DNA from: Nitrospinales bacterium
GTDB taxonomy: Bacteria; Nitrospinota; Nitrospinia; Nitrospinales; VA-1
Length of the DNA: 64,000 nucleotides
Assembly: GCA_965205835.1 (NCBI GenBank)
Contig: OZ242182.1
Span: 2,236,226-2,300,225 of the forward strand
Direction of reading: 5' to 3'
Part shown: piece after piece, positions 9,861 through 18,686 of the stretch
Layout: every line of letters starts with the position of its first letter
How positions within the stretch are numbered: the stretch's first letter is position 1
Made by a program: the position numbers and the translations under genes
The notes under the pieces: generated by a model
What the model was told of the DNA's origin: nothing
Seen by the model: only the letters and a program-made list of their open reading frames with translations
Databases searched by the model: none

Positions 9861-9890
9861 TGTTATTTTGAGCGATAGTAAAGAATCTCG
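9861..9890 (+). repeat. Family A repeat half-copy
   Basis: tgttattttgagcgatagtaaagaatctcg aligns to 14195-14223 at 23 of 30 positions with one gap. Confidence 0.55.
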
Positions 9891-9959
9891 CTTCTCTGTT
9901 TTTTTTGGACTTACGCAAAGCCTTTCCAGCCGTGCTAACCCATCGTCCATTCAGTAGTA

Positions 9960-10991
9960 CTATTGCCAATTGTCCCTGGCAGCTCGTCGGTCATGCCTAG
10001 TGCAGAGATTGAGGACCAGGGTTTGCATCGTTGCCAAGGGGTCCTGCGAAGTGGACTTCAAGTTTCTATCGGCTTTTACCAATTCGAAATATCCGTTGCG
10101 CAGTTGTTGTGTGCTGAACCGGCTGGTGTATTGCGAAGCTTTATCCACCGCATAAGGGTTGGCTCCCATAATTTTCGCAATCTGACCTGATGGCAGATTT
10201 TTTTTCTGGTAATGTTTTACTTCCCAGATCATTCGAAATTGCCATGCAAGGGCACCGAGGATTTTTATGGGTTCTTCTCCGTGATCAATTTGATTGTTGA
10301 GCAGATGGAGTGCTTTTCCAGGATTTTTTATCTTCAATGCATCGGTCAGGGCAAAAACATTTTCCAACTTGCTTTCTCCCACCACTTCAGCGATATCCTG
10401 TTCTGAAACAGATTTGTTTTTGCCAACAAAGAGGAGAGTTTTTTCCAATTCCTTTGCCAGAATCCCTGGTCGGGCTCCCACCCTGTTTATCAGAAAGCGG
10501 GCCGCATCAGAGGATAGCGAATAACTTTTTTCTTCAGCCCGTTTCCGCAGCCAGTTTGTCAGTTCACTTTCTCTAGGAGCTTCGCAGGCGACTGCGGTTT
10601 TTAATCTTGTCAGTGCTTTAAATAATTTTCTTTTGCGGTCTACCTTGTCAGCGGTAATGATGAGACAGGTTTCAGAAATGGGAGACTCGGCGTAGTCCAT
10701 GAGGGCTTGGGCATCCTGATCCTTGGGGACAGCCTCGTGCAGATTACGCACCACCACTAGTTTTGTTCCGCCCGTGAAAGAGAGAGTTCTGGCAGATCCC
10801 AGCCAGTGGCTCAGCATGCTTTCACGGGCATCGAAGGTTTCCAGGTTGAAGTCCTGGTTATCATCGGTGATCCATTGGTGGCGTAGTGCCCGGATGACTT
10901 CGGTTTGGTAAAAGGTTTCCGGCCCATAGAGAAAATAGAAAGGCTCTGTTTGGCCTTTGGAAATTCTCAGGATTAAGTCGTCAGGAGTCAC
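9960..10991 (-). CDS. holA: DNA polymerase III delta subunit
   Basis: YFLYGPE, FNLETFD, LSFTGGTKLVVV, NVFALTDA and EEPIKILGALAWQFR; standard position after leuS-lptE. Confidence 0.94.
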   Translation of the reverse strand: MTPDDLILRISKGQTEPFYFLYGPETFYQTEVIRALRHQWITDDNQDFNLETFDARESMLSHWLGSARTLSFTGGTKLVVVRNLHEAVPKDQDAQALMDYAESPISETCLIITADKVDRKRKLFKALTRLKTAVACEAPRESELTNWLRKRAEEKSYSLSSDAARFLINRVGARPGILAKELEKTLLFVGKNKSVSEQDIAEVVGESKLENVFALTDALKIKNPGKALHLLNNQIDHGEEPIKILGALAWQFRMIWEVKHYQKKNLPSGQIAKIMGANPYAVDKASQYTSRFSTQQLRNGYFELVKADRNLKSTSQDPLATMQTLVLNLCTRHDRRAARDNWQ

Positions 10992-11005
10992 AATGGAATA
11001 GCGGA

Positions 11006-11518
11006 TTAAAACTGGTCAATGAGTAGACTCACCAGCCGGTTGCCCAGTTCGTTATAAGCCTCTTCCAAGGCGGCAAGCCGGGCCGATTCGGTTTTGACAA
11101 TATCAGAGGAGGCTTTGTAGTCCCATTTGGTTTGGAATTTTTGTTTCAGGTAGGGTTTGTTATTAACTTTGTCAATCACTTCAATATCCACACCCAGTTT
11201 CACGATATAATCTGAAGCGAAATCATCGGAACTGAATGAGACAGCCTTCAATTCGTAATAAAAAAGGTTTCCCCTCATCACCATATCGGCTTGGCTTTTG
11301 CGGACAACTTTAAGCCTTCCGTCCGTGATGTAGGAATTAATAATGGCACTTGTCAATTCCCGGTGAATTTCCGGTTCCGTGGAGCTATTGGTGAACACGG
11401 GGATGGAGAGGGTTTTTAAGTGCGGTGGCATGGAGGAACCAGCTCCTACGAGATGATACCCACACCCACCCAGGAGCAGGGCGAACAATATCCAGAATTT
11501 AAACGGTATTCGTTTCAT
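11006..11518 (-). CDS. lptE: LPS assembly lipoprotein LptE
   Basis: Lipobox LLGGC followed by GYHL, LSIPVFTNSS..PEI. The start ATG at 11518 overlaps the leuS stop (ATGA). Confidence 0.88.
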   Translation of the reverse strand: MKRIPFKFWILFALLLGGCGYHLVGAGSSMPPHLKTLSIPVFTNSSTEPEIHRELTSAIINSYITDGRLKVVRKSQADMVMRGNLFYYELKAVSFSSDDFASDYIVKLGVDIEVIDKVNNKPYLKQKFQTKWDYKASSDIVKTESARLAALEEAYNELGNRLVSLLIDQF

Positions 11519-14022
11519 TGGATAACGATGTTCACAAGCTTTTTGGGAATGACGATAACTTTTTTGATTTCTTTGTCCTGGGTCCATTCCAGAATTTTGG
11601 AATCTTTTAGCGACAGGGCTTTTAACTCGTCTTCGCCTATGCCGGATGCGACAGAAATTTTCTGCCTCACCTTACCATTGACTTGCAGGACGATCAACAT
11701 TTCATCGGTTTGCGTCAGAGTCTCTTTGTATTGAGGCCAGGCCCATTGATCCAGAACTTTAGCAGGCTCCATTATCGATGCCATTTCCTCGGCAATGTGT
11801 GGAGCAAAAGGTGACAATGTCAGGACCAATGTTTCCAGAGCTTCCCGTACGGCCGGCTTTGTTGTTTCGTCCCGGTTGTTTTCCCACCATTCCTTGAAGC
11901 TGAAGAGATGGTTGACCAATTCCATAATCGCGGCAATGGCGGTATTGAACTGCATCCTTGTTTCAATATCATCTGTCACCCGTCTTATGGTGATATGGGT
12001 CATTCGCCGAAGGGCTTTGATTTCGGAAACGGCGGTGGTGAAAGATTCTCCCGGCAATGCGACCGATTTAACGTCCCCGATGAATTCGCCGAAAATGCGC
12101 CACACTCTTTTTAAAAACCGCGAGCATCCTTCCACACCTTGGTCGCTCCATTCCAAATCTTTCACAGGTGGAGCAGCGAACAGGATGAAGACTCGGGCCG
12201 TGTCGGCACCATAGTTGTTGATGATTTTGTCTGGATCCACGACATTGCCTTTGGACTTGGACATCTTGGCCCCATCTTTAATGACCATACCTTGTGTCAG
12301 CAGGCGGGCAAAAGGTTCCGGGACCTCGGTCAACTCAAGATCGTTCAACACCAGGTTGAAGAACCGGGAATAAAGCAGATGCAAAATGGCGTGTTCGATG
12401 CCGCCGACATATTGGTCGACCGGCATCCAGTAGTCATTGTTCTCTTTGCTGAAAGGTGCTTGCTCCAATCGGGGTGACGTGTAGCGGTCAAAATACCAGG
12501 AAGAGCAAAGAAAGGTATCCAGTGTGTCGGTATCTCGACGGGCACTGGCTCCGCATTTTGGGCAGGAAACTTTATAAAATGACTCCAGAGCGTGCAAAGG
12601 AGACTGGCCTTTTTCTCCCAATTGCACGTCGAGGGGCAACTCGACTGGTAGCTGGTCTTCGGGGACAGGCACGATTCCGCAGTCTGAACAATGGATGGCC
12701 GGAACGGGTGTTCCCCAATAACGTTGCCGGGAAACCCCCCAGTCGCGAAGCCGGTAATTGATCGTGGCTTTTCCGATGCCTTCTCTTTCCAGATGTCGGC
12801 AAACCGCCCGGCGCGCTTCCTGACCGATCAGGCCATCGAAAGAACCGGAATTCACCATAGTGCCGTCGGCGGTGAATGCCTGGGCACTGGCACCCACCGG
12901 GCCGGTTTCAGGTTGAATGACCACCCGGACGGGTAAATCGTATTTGCGGGCAAAATCCAGATCGCGCTGGTCGTGGGCAGGAACAGACATGATCGCGCCG
13001 GTACCATAATCCATGAGCACGAAGTTGGCTGTCCACACAGGAATAGATTCTCCCGTCAAGGGATTCACGGCGTGAGCGCCGGTGAACACGCCTTCTTTTT
13101 CGCCGCATTCGCTGGTTCGGGTAATGGTGTCCTGTATTTTTACCTTTTGCACAAAAGCATCAATGGCCTTTTCCTGCTCGGTTCCGTGCGATAGTTTTTC
13201 GGTGAGCGGGTGCTCGGGAGCCAGTACCATAAACATTGCTCCATATAAGGTGTCGGGGCGGGTGGTGAATGCTTTAATGGTCTCATCGCTTTCCTGGATT
13301 TTAAAGTCCACTTCCGCACCGAAACTTTTGCCGATCCAGTTCGTCTGCATGGTCAGCACCTGTTCTGGCCATTTTCCTACAAGGGTTTTACAACCTTCTA
13401 AAAGCCGATCTGCATAGTCGGTGATTTTGAAGAACCAGCCTTCCTGCTGTTTCTGCAGGACTTCGTTATCGCATCGCCAGCAACAGCCGTCCACAACCTG
13501 TTCGTTGGCGAGCACCGTTTGGCAATCTTTGCACCAATTGATGGTGGAGTTTTTTCGGTAGGCGATACCTTTTTCGAGGAATTTTAGAAAAAGCCACTGG
13601 TTCCATTTATAATAGCCGGGATGGCAGGTGGCGATTTCGCGGTCCCAGTCGTAGCTGAGCCCAAGTGCCTTAATCTGCTTTCGCATGGTGCGGATGTTTT
13701 CAAATGTCCACTCGGCAGGGTGGGTCTCGTTTTTAATGGCGGCGTTCTCGGCGGGCATTCCAAACGCGTCCCAGCCTAAAGGGTGAATAACGTTAAAGCC
13801 TTGCATGCGTTTGAATCGGGCCAGCGCATCGCCGATGGTGTAGTTGCGGACATGGCCCATGTGGATTCTCCCGGAAGGGTAGGGAAACATTTCGAGCAGA
13901 TAATATTTTTTTTTGGAAGAGTCCAGTTCAGCTTTAAACGATTTATGTTCTTCCCAGTAAGCCTGCCATTTGGCTTCGATGGAATTTGGTTCGTAGGGGG
14001 TCATAGAAGGAGCGTTGTTCAT
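11515..14022 (-). CDS. leuS: Leucine--tRNA ligase
   Basis: MFPYPSGRIHMGH (HIGH), GWDAFGMPAENAAI, YGTGAIMSVPAHDQRD and KMSKSKGN. Start is probably 14022 or 14004, not 14112. Confidence 0.98.
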   Translation of the reverse strand: MNNAPSMTPYEPNSIEAKWQAYWEEHKSFKAELDSSKKKYYLLEMFPYPSGRIHMGHVRNYTIGDALARFKRMQGFNVIHPLGWDAFGMPAENAAIKNETHPAEWTFENIRTMRKQIKALGLSYDWDREIATCHPGYYKWNQWLFLKFLEKGIAYRKNSTINWCKDCQTVLANEQVVDGCCWRCDNEVLQKQQEGWFFKITDYADRLLEGCKTLVGKWPEQVLTMQTNWIGKSFGAEVDFKIQESDETIKAFTTRPDTLYGAMFMVLAPEHPLTEKLSHGTEQEKAIDAFVQKVKIQDTITRTSECGEKEGVFTGAHAVNPLTGESIPVWTANFVLMDYGTGAIMSVPAHDQRDLDFARKYDLPVRVVIQPETGPVGASAQAFTADGTMVNSGSFDGLIGQEARRAVCRHLEREGIGKATINYRLRDWGVSRQRYWGTPVPAIHCSDCGIVPVPEDQLPVELPLDVQLGEKGQSPLHALESFYKVSCPKCGASARRDTDTLDTFLCSSWYFDRYTSPRLEQAPFSKENNDYWMPVDQYVGGIEHAILHLLYSRFFNLVLNDLELTEVPEPFARLLTQGMVIKDGAKMSKSKGNVVDPDKIINNYGADTARVFILFAAPPVKDLEWSDQGVEGCSRFLKRVWRIFGEFIGDVKSVALPGESFTTAVSEIKALRRMTHITIRRVTDDIETRMQFNTAIAAIMELVNHLFSFKEWWENNRDETTKPAVREALETLVLTLSPFAPHIAEEMASIMEPAKVLDQWAWPQYKETLTQTDEMLIVLQVNGKVRQKISVASGIGEDELKALSLKDSKILEWTQDKEIKKVIVIPKKLVNIVIQ

Positions 14023-14147
14023 AAAGAAAGATTTAATCAGTAATGAAAAAAAGAATTCTAACATACTCCCCCACTCACTCTGCCTCCAAGCAGGAAAATC
14101 AAATCCCCTCAACCCTCCTTTGTCGGGGAGAACTTTGCATAACCCCG

Positions 14148-14238
14148 GATCCTTCGTCGCCTTCGACTCATCAGAATGAAAAACCTGCGTTTCGTGTCAT
14201 GCTGAACACAGTGAAGAATCTCGTTGTATGTCATTCTA
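14148..14238. repeat. Family A palindromic doublet (REPIN/MITE-like) plus an extra half-site
   Basis: Left arm gatccttc...tcagaatga pairs with right arm tcatgctga...gaagaatc. A further tgtcattcta lies at 14229-14238. Confidence 0.7.
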
Positions 14239-14350
14239 AGGCTGGAGGACCCCGAACACCTGCTCCTCAAAGCGGTGGAACAAAATGGACGCGATCAAAT
14301 CCATATTCGCAGGGTCGTCTTTAAGATAGAGAACCTTGAAACTGCCATCG
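14236..14350 (-). pseudogene. Fragment resembling a CheY-like receiver domain N-terminus
   Basis: Translation FKVLYLKDDPANMDLIASIL resembles the receiver beta1-alpha1 consensus (VLYIEDNPAN..L...IL). It stops after about 35 aa at the repeat. Confidence 0.45.
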
Positions 14351-14462
14351 TGGTTTCCATGACCAGAAAACTCTGGCCAAATGGCGGACTTTGGTTCTTT
14401 AATGGACAGAATACGATATAAAGGGGTTTTTACGGAGGGGGGATGGTTTTTTATGTAGAGCA

Positions 14463-15716
14463 TTAAATCGCTAAGAGTTTTGTGATGGTTTGGGCCATTT
14501 TTTCAGAGGCACCTTGTTGTTTCGTGATGAAGGAACGGGCTTTTTTAGCCAGTTCCTGGCGCAGGCTTTCATTTTCCAGCAGGGTTTGCGCTCTTTCTTT
14601 TATGTCTCCAGAATTTTGTACTGGTAAAGCCAGCTCCTGGGCTTTGTCGGCGATATGGCTGATATTCTCAATAAAAGGCCCATGCATGACTGGCAGACCA
14701 TAATATAGAGGTTCAATCAGACTGTGGCCTCCACCCGGCGGGACCAGGCTCCGGCCTACAAATGCGATTTGCCCCAGTGAATAAACCTTGGCCAATTCAC
14801 CCATCGTGTCAAGAAGGATGACAGTTTTTGCGGGTTCCGGCGACGACCGCAGGGTGAAAGCAATGTTTTCCTTTTTAAGTAGGCTGACCACCTCTCCCAC
14901 TCGCTCTATTCTTCGTGGAGCAAGAATCAAAACCAGGTTGGGGTGATTCGGCATCAGTTGCCGGTGCGCGTCCAGAATAATTTCTTCTTCGCCGACATGG
15001 GTGCTACCTGCTATCCATACTGGTGTGTCCGCGTCTAGTTTGAAACTCTGGCGTAACCGTTCTTTTTCCTCGTTGGTCAGGGGTTGCAGTGCGTCGTATT
15101 TCGGATCACCCATCACCTCGATACGCTTGTGGTTCACACCCAGTGCCAGAGCGGCTTTTTCTCCATGGGTGTTTTGCATGCCGAGTCGGTGAAACTTTTG
15201 GAAGGTGTCTTTGAAAAGGGAGCCGGTGCTGAGATATCGTCGGGCAGACCGTTCCGAGAGTCGACCGTTGCATAAAAGAGCAGGAATATTTTTTCTATGT
15301 AACAGATCGATCAAGCCTGGCCAGAATCCGGTATCGGTGACGACATAAATATCCGGATGGATTCGGCTCAAAGCCAGTTGGGTGAATGGCAGGCAATCCA
15401 GTGGATGAAAAAACACGCTGTCGGCGAACCCCGAATTGAGCACTGTCGCATAGCCCGAATCGGTGGTGACGGAAAGTGCGATAACGAGCTCCGGATTCTT
15501 CTCACGGACCCGTTGAAGAACCGGTGTCGCGGCCACGATTTCTCCCATCGATAGAGCATGAAACCAGAGGATTTTTTTGCCCAGCGTTTTCGGAACCCAT
15601 CCGAAATGATGGGCTAGTCCTTTCCACTTATGCTTGGAGAACAGGGTCGTGAGCGCAAATAGTGGTATGAGAAGGACGGCGACAAAAAGGGATAGAAAGT
15701 GATAAAGATAAATCAT
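14463..15716 (-). CDS. waaA: 3-deoxy-D-manno-octulosonate (Kdo) transferase, paralog 2
   Basis: LWFHALSMGEI, NGRLSERS, GDPKYD, WIAGSTHVGEE, LILAPRRIER, LLDTMGELAKVY and GGHSLIEP. Confidence 0.92.
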   Translation of the reverse strand: MIYLYHFLSLFVAVLLIPLFALTTLFSKHKWKGLAHHFGWVPKTLGKKILWFHALSMGEIVAATPVLQRVREKNPELVIALSVTTDSGYATVLNSGFADSVFFHPLDCLPFTQLALSRIHPDIYVVTDTGFWPGLIDLLHRKNIPALLCNGRLSERSARRYLSTGSLFKDTFQKFHRLGMQNTHGEKAALALGVNHKRIEVMGDPKYDALQPLTNEEKERLRQSFKLDADTPVWIAGSTHVGEEEIILDAHRQLMPNHPNLVLILAPRRIERVGEVVSLLKKENIAFTLRSSPEPAKTVILLDTMGELAKVYSLGQIAFVGRSLVPPGGGHSLIEPLYYGLPVMHGPFIENISHIADKAQELALPVQNSGDIKERAQTLLENESLRQELAKKARSFITKQQGASEKMAQTITKLLAI

Positions 15717-15748
15717 CGAAACGGGTGTCCTATCAGGAAATCCCGGGC

Positions 15749-16996
15749 TTATGTTGATTGGATGAGTTCAATATTCCTTTTTAAGGCACCGTTGTTGGCC
15801 TTGACGGTTTTTTTCGCAGACTGTCCCAGCGTCTGGCATTCGCCCGTATTTTTCAGCAAACGTTTTAAAACATCGTAGAGTTCTTCTATATTTTGCAGTT
15901 GCAGGCCACCCCCAGACTGTGTGAGAAGTTCCGCTTCTTCTTTAAAATTATTCATGAATTTGCCGAACAGCACCGGCTTTCCCAATGCCGCAGGTTCGAG
16001 AATGTTGTGGCCGCCAAACCGGGGATTGAATCCGCCCCCGACATAGGTCACGATTGCGTTTTTGTAAAAGGCATTGAGTTTTCCCAGGCTGTCTACTAGT
16101 AAGACAGCACCTGTAAAGTTTATCAGATCATCCTGTTTGGAGAGCAGGGCATAATCCACTTCGAATTCTCGAATCAAGTCTTCAACTTCCCGGCATCTTT
16201 CCATATGTCTGGGGGCAATCACCCCGATCAGGCTGGGAAACTCTTTTTGCAATTCAACCAATGCTTCCATGATAGGGCCTTCTTCCCCCGGCCGAGTGGA
16301 ACCAAAAACCAGAACCCGGGAATCGGGCTTCCATTCAGGATGGTATTTGTCCCCGGTTTCGATGGAAGTCACATCGAATTTTATATTTCCCGTTACCCGG
16401 ATTTTTTCTCGCACCACGCCCAATTGTAAAAACCGGTCTGCATCAGTCTGGGACCGCATTGAAAATTGTTCGACTGCATCTGTCATCCATAAAAAGAAGG
16501 CTGGAAGTTTTCCATAGTTCTGAACCGATTTTTCCGACACCCTTCCGTTTACTTGAATGACGGGAATACCCCGGCGTTTACACTGCCGGAGCAAAGCAGG
16601 CCACAGCTCTGCTTCGATCAAGACCAGTTTGGAAGGTTGTAAACGCTCAAAGACTGGATTCAGCCAGATGGGGAAATCCAGTGGCAATTTGAATACGTTG
16701 GGAAGTTTTTCTTCCAGGGCCAGCGCATAACCGGTGGGAGTAAAAGTAGACAAGGCGATCGGTCGGGATCCCTCTTCCTTTACGAGGCCCGCAATGAGGA
16801 TTTTGGCCAGACGAACTTCTCCCACCGATGAGGCGTGAATCCACAACGTGTCTTTTAATTCTGGCAGGGATCGGGCTCCCGCCATTTTCCCTCTGATCTG
16901 ATCGCGGAAAGAGGAGGAGACAAGTGCCTTTAAAATAAGAAAAGGAGAAGCCAAAAGCAGCAGCCCTCCTGTCAGAATATAATACAAAAAATCCAT
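15749..16996 (-). CDS. waaA: 3-deoxy-D-manno-octulosonate (Kdo) transferase, paralog 1
   Basis: LWIHASSVGEV, EAELWP, NGRVSEKS, TGNIKFD, GSTRPGEE, IAPRHMER and GGHNILEPAALG. Confidence 0.94.
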   Translation of the reverse strand: MDFLYYILTGGLLLLASPFLILKALVSSSFRDQIRGKMAGARSLPELKDTLWIHASSVGEVRLAKILIAGLVKEEGSRPIALSTFTPTGYALALEEKLPNVFKLPLDFPIWLNPVFERLQPSKLVLIEAELWPALLRQCKRRGIPVIQVNGRVSEKSVQNYGKLPAFFLWMTDAVEQFSMRSQTDADRFLQLGVVREKIRVTGNIKFDVTSIETGDKYHPEWKPDSRVLVFGSTRPGEEGPIMEALVELQKEFPSLIGVIAPRHMERCREVEDLIREFEVDYALLSKQDDLINFTGAVLLVDSLGKLNAFYKNAIVTYVGGGFNPRFGGHNILEPAALGKPVLFGKFMNNFKEEAELLTQSGGGLQLQNIEELYDVLKRLLKNTGECQTLGQSAKKTVKANNGALKRNIELIQST

Positions 16997-17002
16997 AGGC
17001 TG

Positions 17003-17014
17003 GGAGTATACTCC
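17003..17014. promoter_or_regulatory. Perfect 12-bp palindrome GGAGTATACTCC in the waaA/lpxK divergent gap
   Basis: The sequence is its own reverse complement and contains the -10-like TATACT on both strands. Confidence 0.5.
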
Positions 17015-17043
17015 TAATTCATTGTGGATTTGGCTGAAAAATC

Positions 17044-18129
17044 ATGTCTGAAATTTTCTATAAAATCATATCGCCCGATCGGAAATGGTATTGGTTTCCG
17101 GTTTTTGCGACCCTGAAGCTCATTTCCTTTGTTTATTTACTGGGGCACCATTTTCGTCTCTGGGCCTACCGTTGGGGGGTTTTCCCCAGCCACAAACTCG
17201 ACTGCCGAGTGATCAGCGTGGGCAACCTGACGCTGGGCGGAACAGGAAAAACACCCTTTGTCATGATGATTGCCGAAACCCTCAGGGGGAACGGACTCAA
17301 GCCCGCTATTCTCACTCGGGGTTATGGTGGAAAATCCGGCGACCCGGTCAATGTGGTCTGCGATGGAAAACAAACGTTGCTTTCTCCGGAAAGGGTCGGC
17401 GATGAAGCGGTTATGATGGCGGAAAAACTCAAAAACGTTCCAGTGTTAACCGGGCCAGACCGTTATCAGACAGGGCAGTATGCGCTCGATCATTTTGGCG
17501 TTGACACGCTGGTTCTGGATGATGGGTTTCAGTACCTGGCTTTAAACCGCGATCTGGATATCCTGCTGTTTGATCATTTCAGGCCGCTCGGTAACGGCCA
17601 TCTGTTTCCGGCGGGGGAGTTGCGCGAACCATCAAGTGAAACAAGAAGGGCGGATATGGTTTGCTTCACCCATTATTCTGGTGGTTCCATCAATTTTGAT
17701 TCACGCCTGTTGGGTTCTGTTCCCCAGGTCAAAACGCACCTTCGCCTAGATTCCATAACTCGCATGGATGATGAGGAAGTGTTGGATATGGAAATAATAA
17801 AAAATAAACCGGTTGCAGCGTTTTGTGGGATCGCCAAACCGGAAGGGTTCAAGCAGATTTTACTGGATTCGCAGATTCAACTAAAATTTTTCAAGTCTTT
17901 TCCCGATCATCATCCTTACACCTTACGGGATATTAAAGAACTGGAATCCCGCACGATAAAAGAGGGCGCCCGGTTCCTTCTGCTTTCAGAAAAAGACGCA
18001 GTGAAGCTCAAGGAGATGAAATTCACCCTGCCTTTTTTCAAAGTGGTGATCGAACTTGAAATTCTGGAAGGACGTGAGACCTTCAACAAACAACTGCTCG
18101 GTCAACCGGCGAGCCGCCAGAGGCAATAG
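17044..18129 (+). CDS. lpxK: Tetraacyldisaccharide 4'-kinase
   Basis: VISVGNLTLGGTGKTP, ILTRGYGG, GDEAVMMA, LVLDDGFQY, GELREP, AFCGIAKP, FPDHHPY and SEKDAVK. Confidence 0.96.
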   Translation: MSEIFYKIISPDRKWYWFPVFATLKLISFVYLLGHHFRLWAYRWGVFPSHKLDCRVISVGNLTLGGTGKTPFVMMIAETLRGNGLKPAILTRGYGGKSGDPVNVVCDGKQTLLSPERVGDEAVMMAEKLKNVPVLTGPDRYQTGQYALDHFGVDTLVLDDGFQYLALNRDLDILLFDHFRPLGNGHLFPAGELREPSSETRRADMVCFTHYSGGSINFDSRLLGSVPQVKTHLRLDSITRMDDEEVLDMEIIKNKPVAAFCGIAKPEGFKQILLDSQIQLKFFKSFPDHHPYTLRDIKELESRTIKEGARFLLLSEKDAVKLKEMKFTLPFFKVVIELEILEGRETFNKQLLGQPASRQRQ

Positions 18130-18217
18130 CCCATTGAGCCGAGAAGCTAATTGGGCACGAGATCAAGACATGCCATTCCCCAGCGGAGGTGCTCCGCGGG
18201 CACACTGGTAACTTACA

Positions 18218-18676
18218 ATGATTGGTTTTAAATCCCTCAGTTCAAACCAGAAGTTTATGTTGAACATTCTGGTTCCGATGCTTTACCTGGTTCCCTTGGT
18301 GCTGGCTTATGCGGGCCCGAAAAATTTCGGTTTCGGGTTGCCTGGCCTGGTTTATGCGGGACTGTCCATCGGGGCGGTGGGTGTTCTGTTATGGATTGCC
18401 GCAATGTGGTCGCTGGGATCTTCGCTCGCCGTTCTGCCGGGAACAGACCATTTGGTCACCCATGGGGTTTACCGGGTTTTTCGCCACCCGATTTATATAG
18501 GAATTGTTTTAACGTTGAGCGGATTGTTTGTGGCTTGTGGCTCCATGCCCTGTCTGATTTATGTGTTTATGGTGGTGATCCCATTGAATATCTTCCGCGC
18601 CCAGACCGAAGAGAAAGTTCTGTTGGAACAATTGGGCTCTGCCTATCAACAATACAAGGATTCCACACTTTTTTGA
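18218..18676 (+). CDS. Isoprenylcysteine carboxyl methyltransferase / PEMT-family membrane methyltransferase
   Basis: Transmembrane segments plus LVTHGVYRVFRHPIY and EEKVL...G.AYQQY motifs. Confidence 0.85.
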   Translation: MIGFKSLSSNQKFMLNILVPMLYLVPLVLAYAGPKNFGFGLPGLVYAGLSIGAVGVLLWIAAMWSLGSSLAVLPGTDHLVTHGVYRVFRHPIYIGIVLTLSGLFVACGSMPCLIYVFMVVIPLNIFRAQTEEKVLLEQLGSAYQQYKDSTLF

Positions 18677-18686
18677 AAACGGGGCC

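Noticed and set aside
13906-13914. A9 tract in leuS (and A8 near the queG start) as phase-variation sites
   Set aside because: Both are in frame and encode Lys runs. leuS is essential, so switching is implausible.
14101-14445. C-rich tract at 14101-14130 and G-rich tract at 14421-14445 as possible terminal inverted repeats of a larger element
   Set aside because: The complementarity is limited to low-complexity C/G runs and gives no convincing alignment or target-site duplication.
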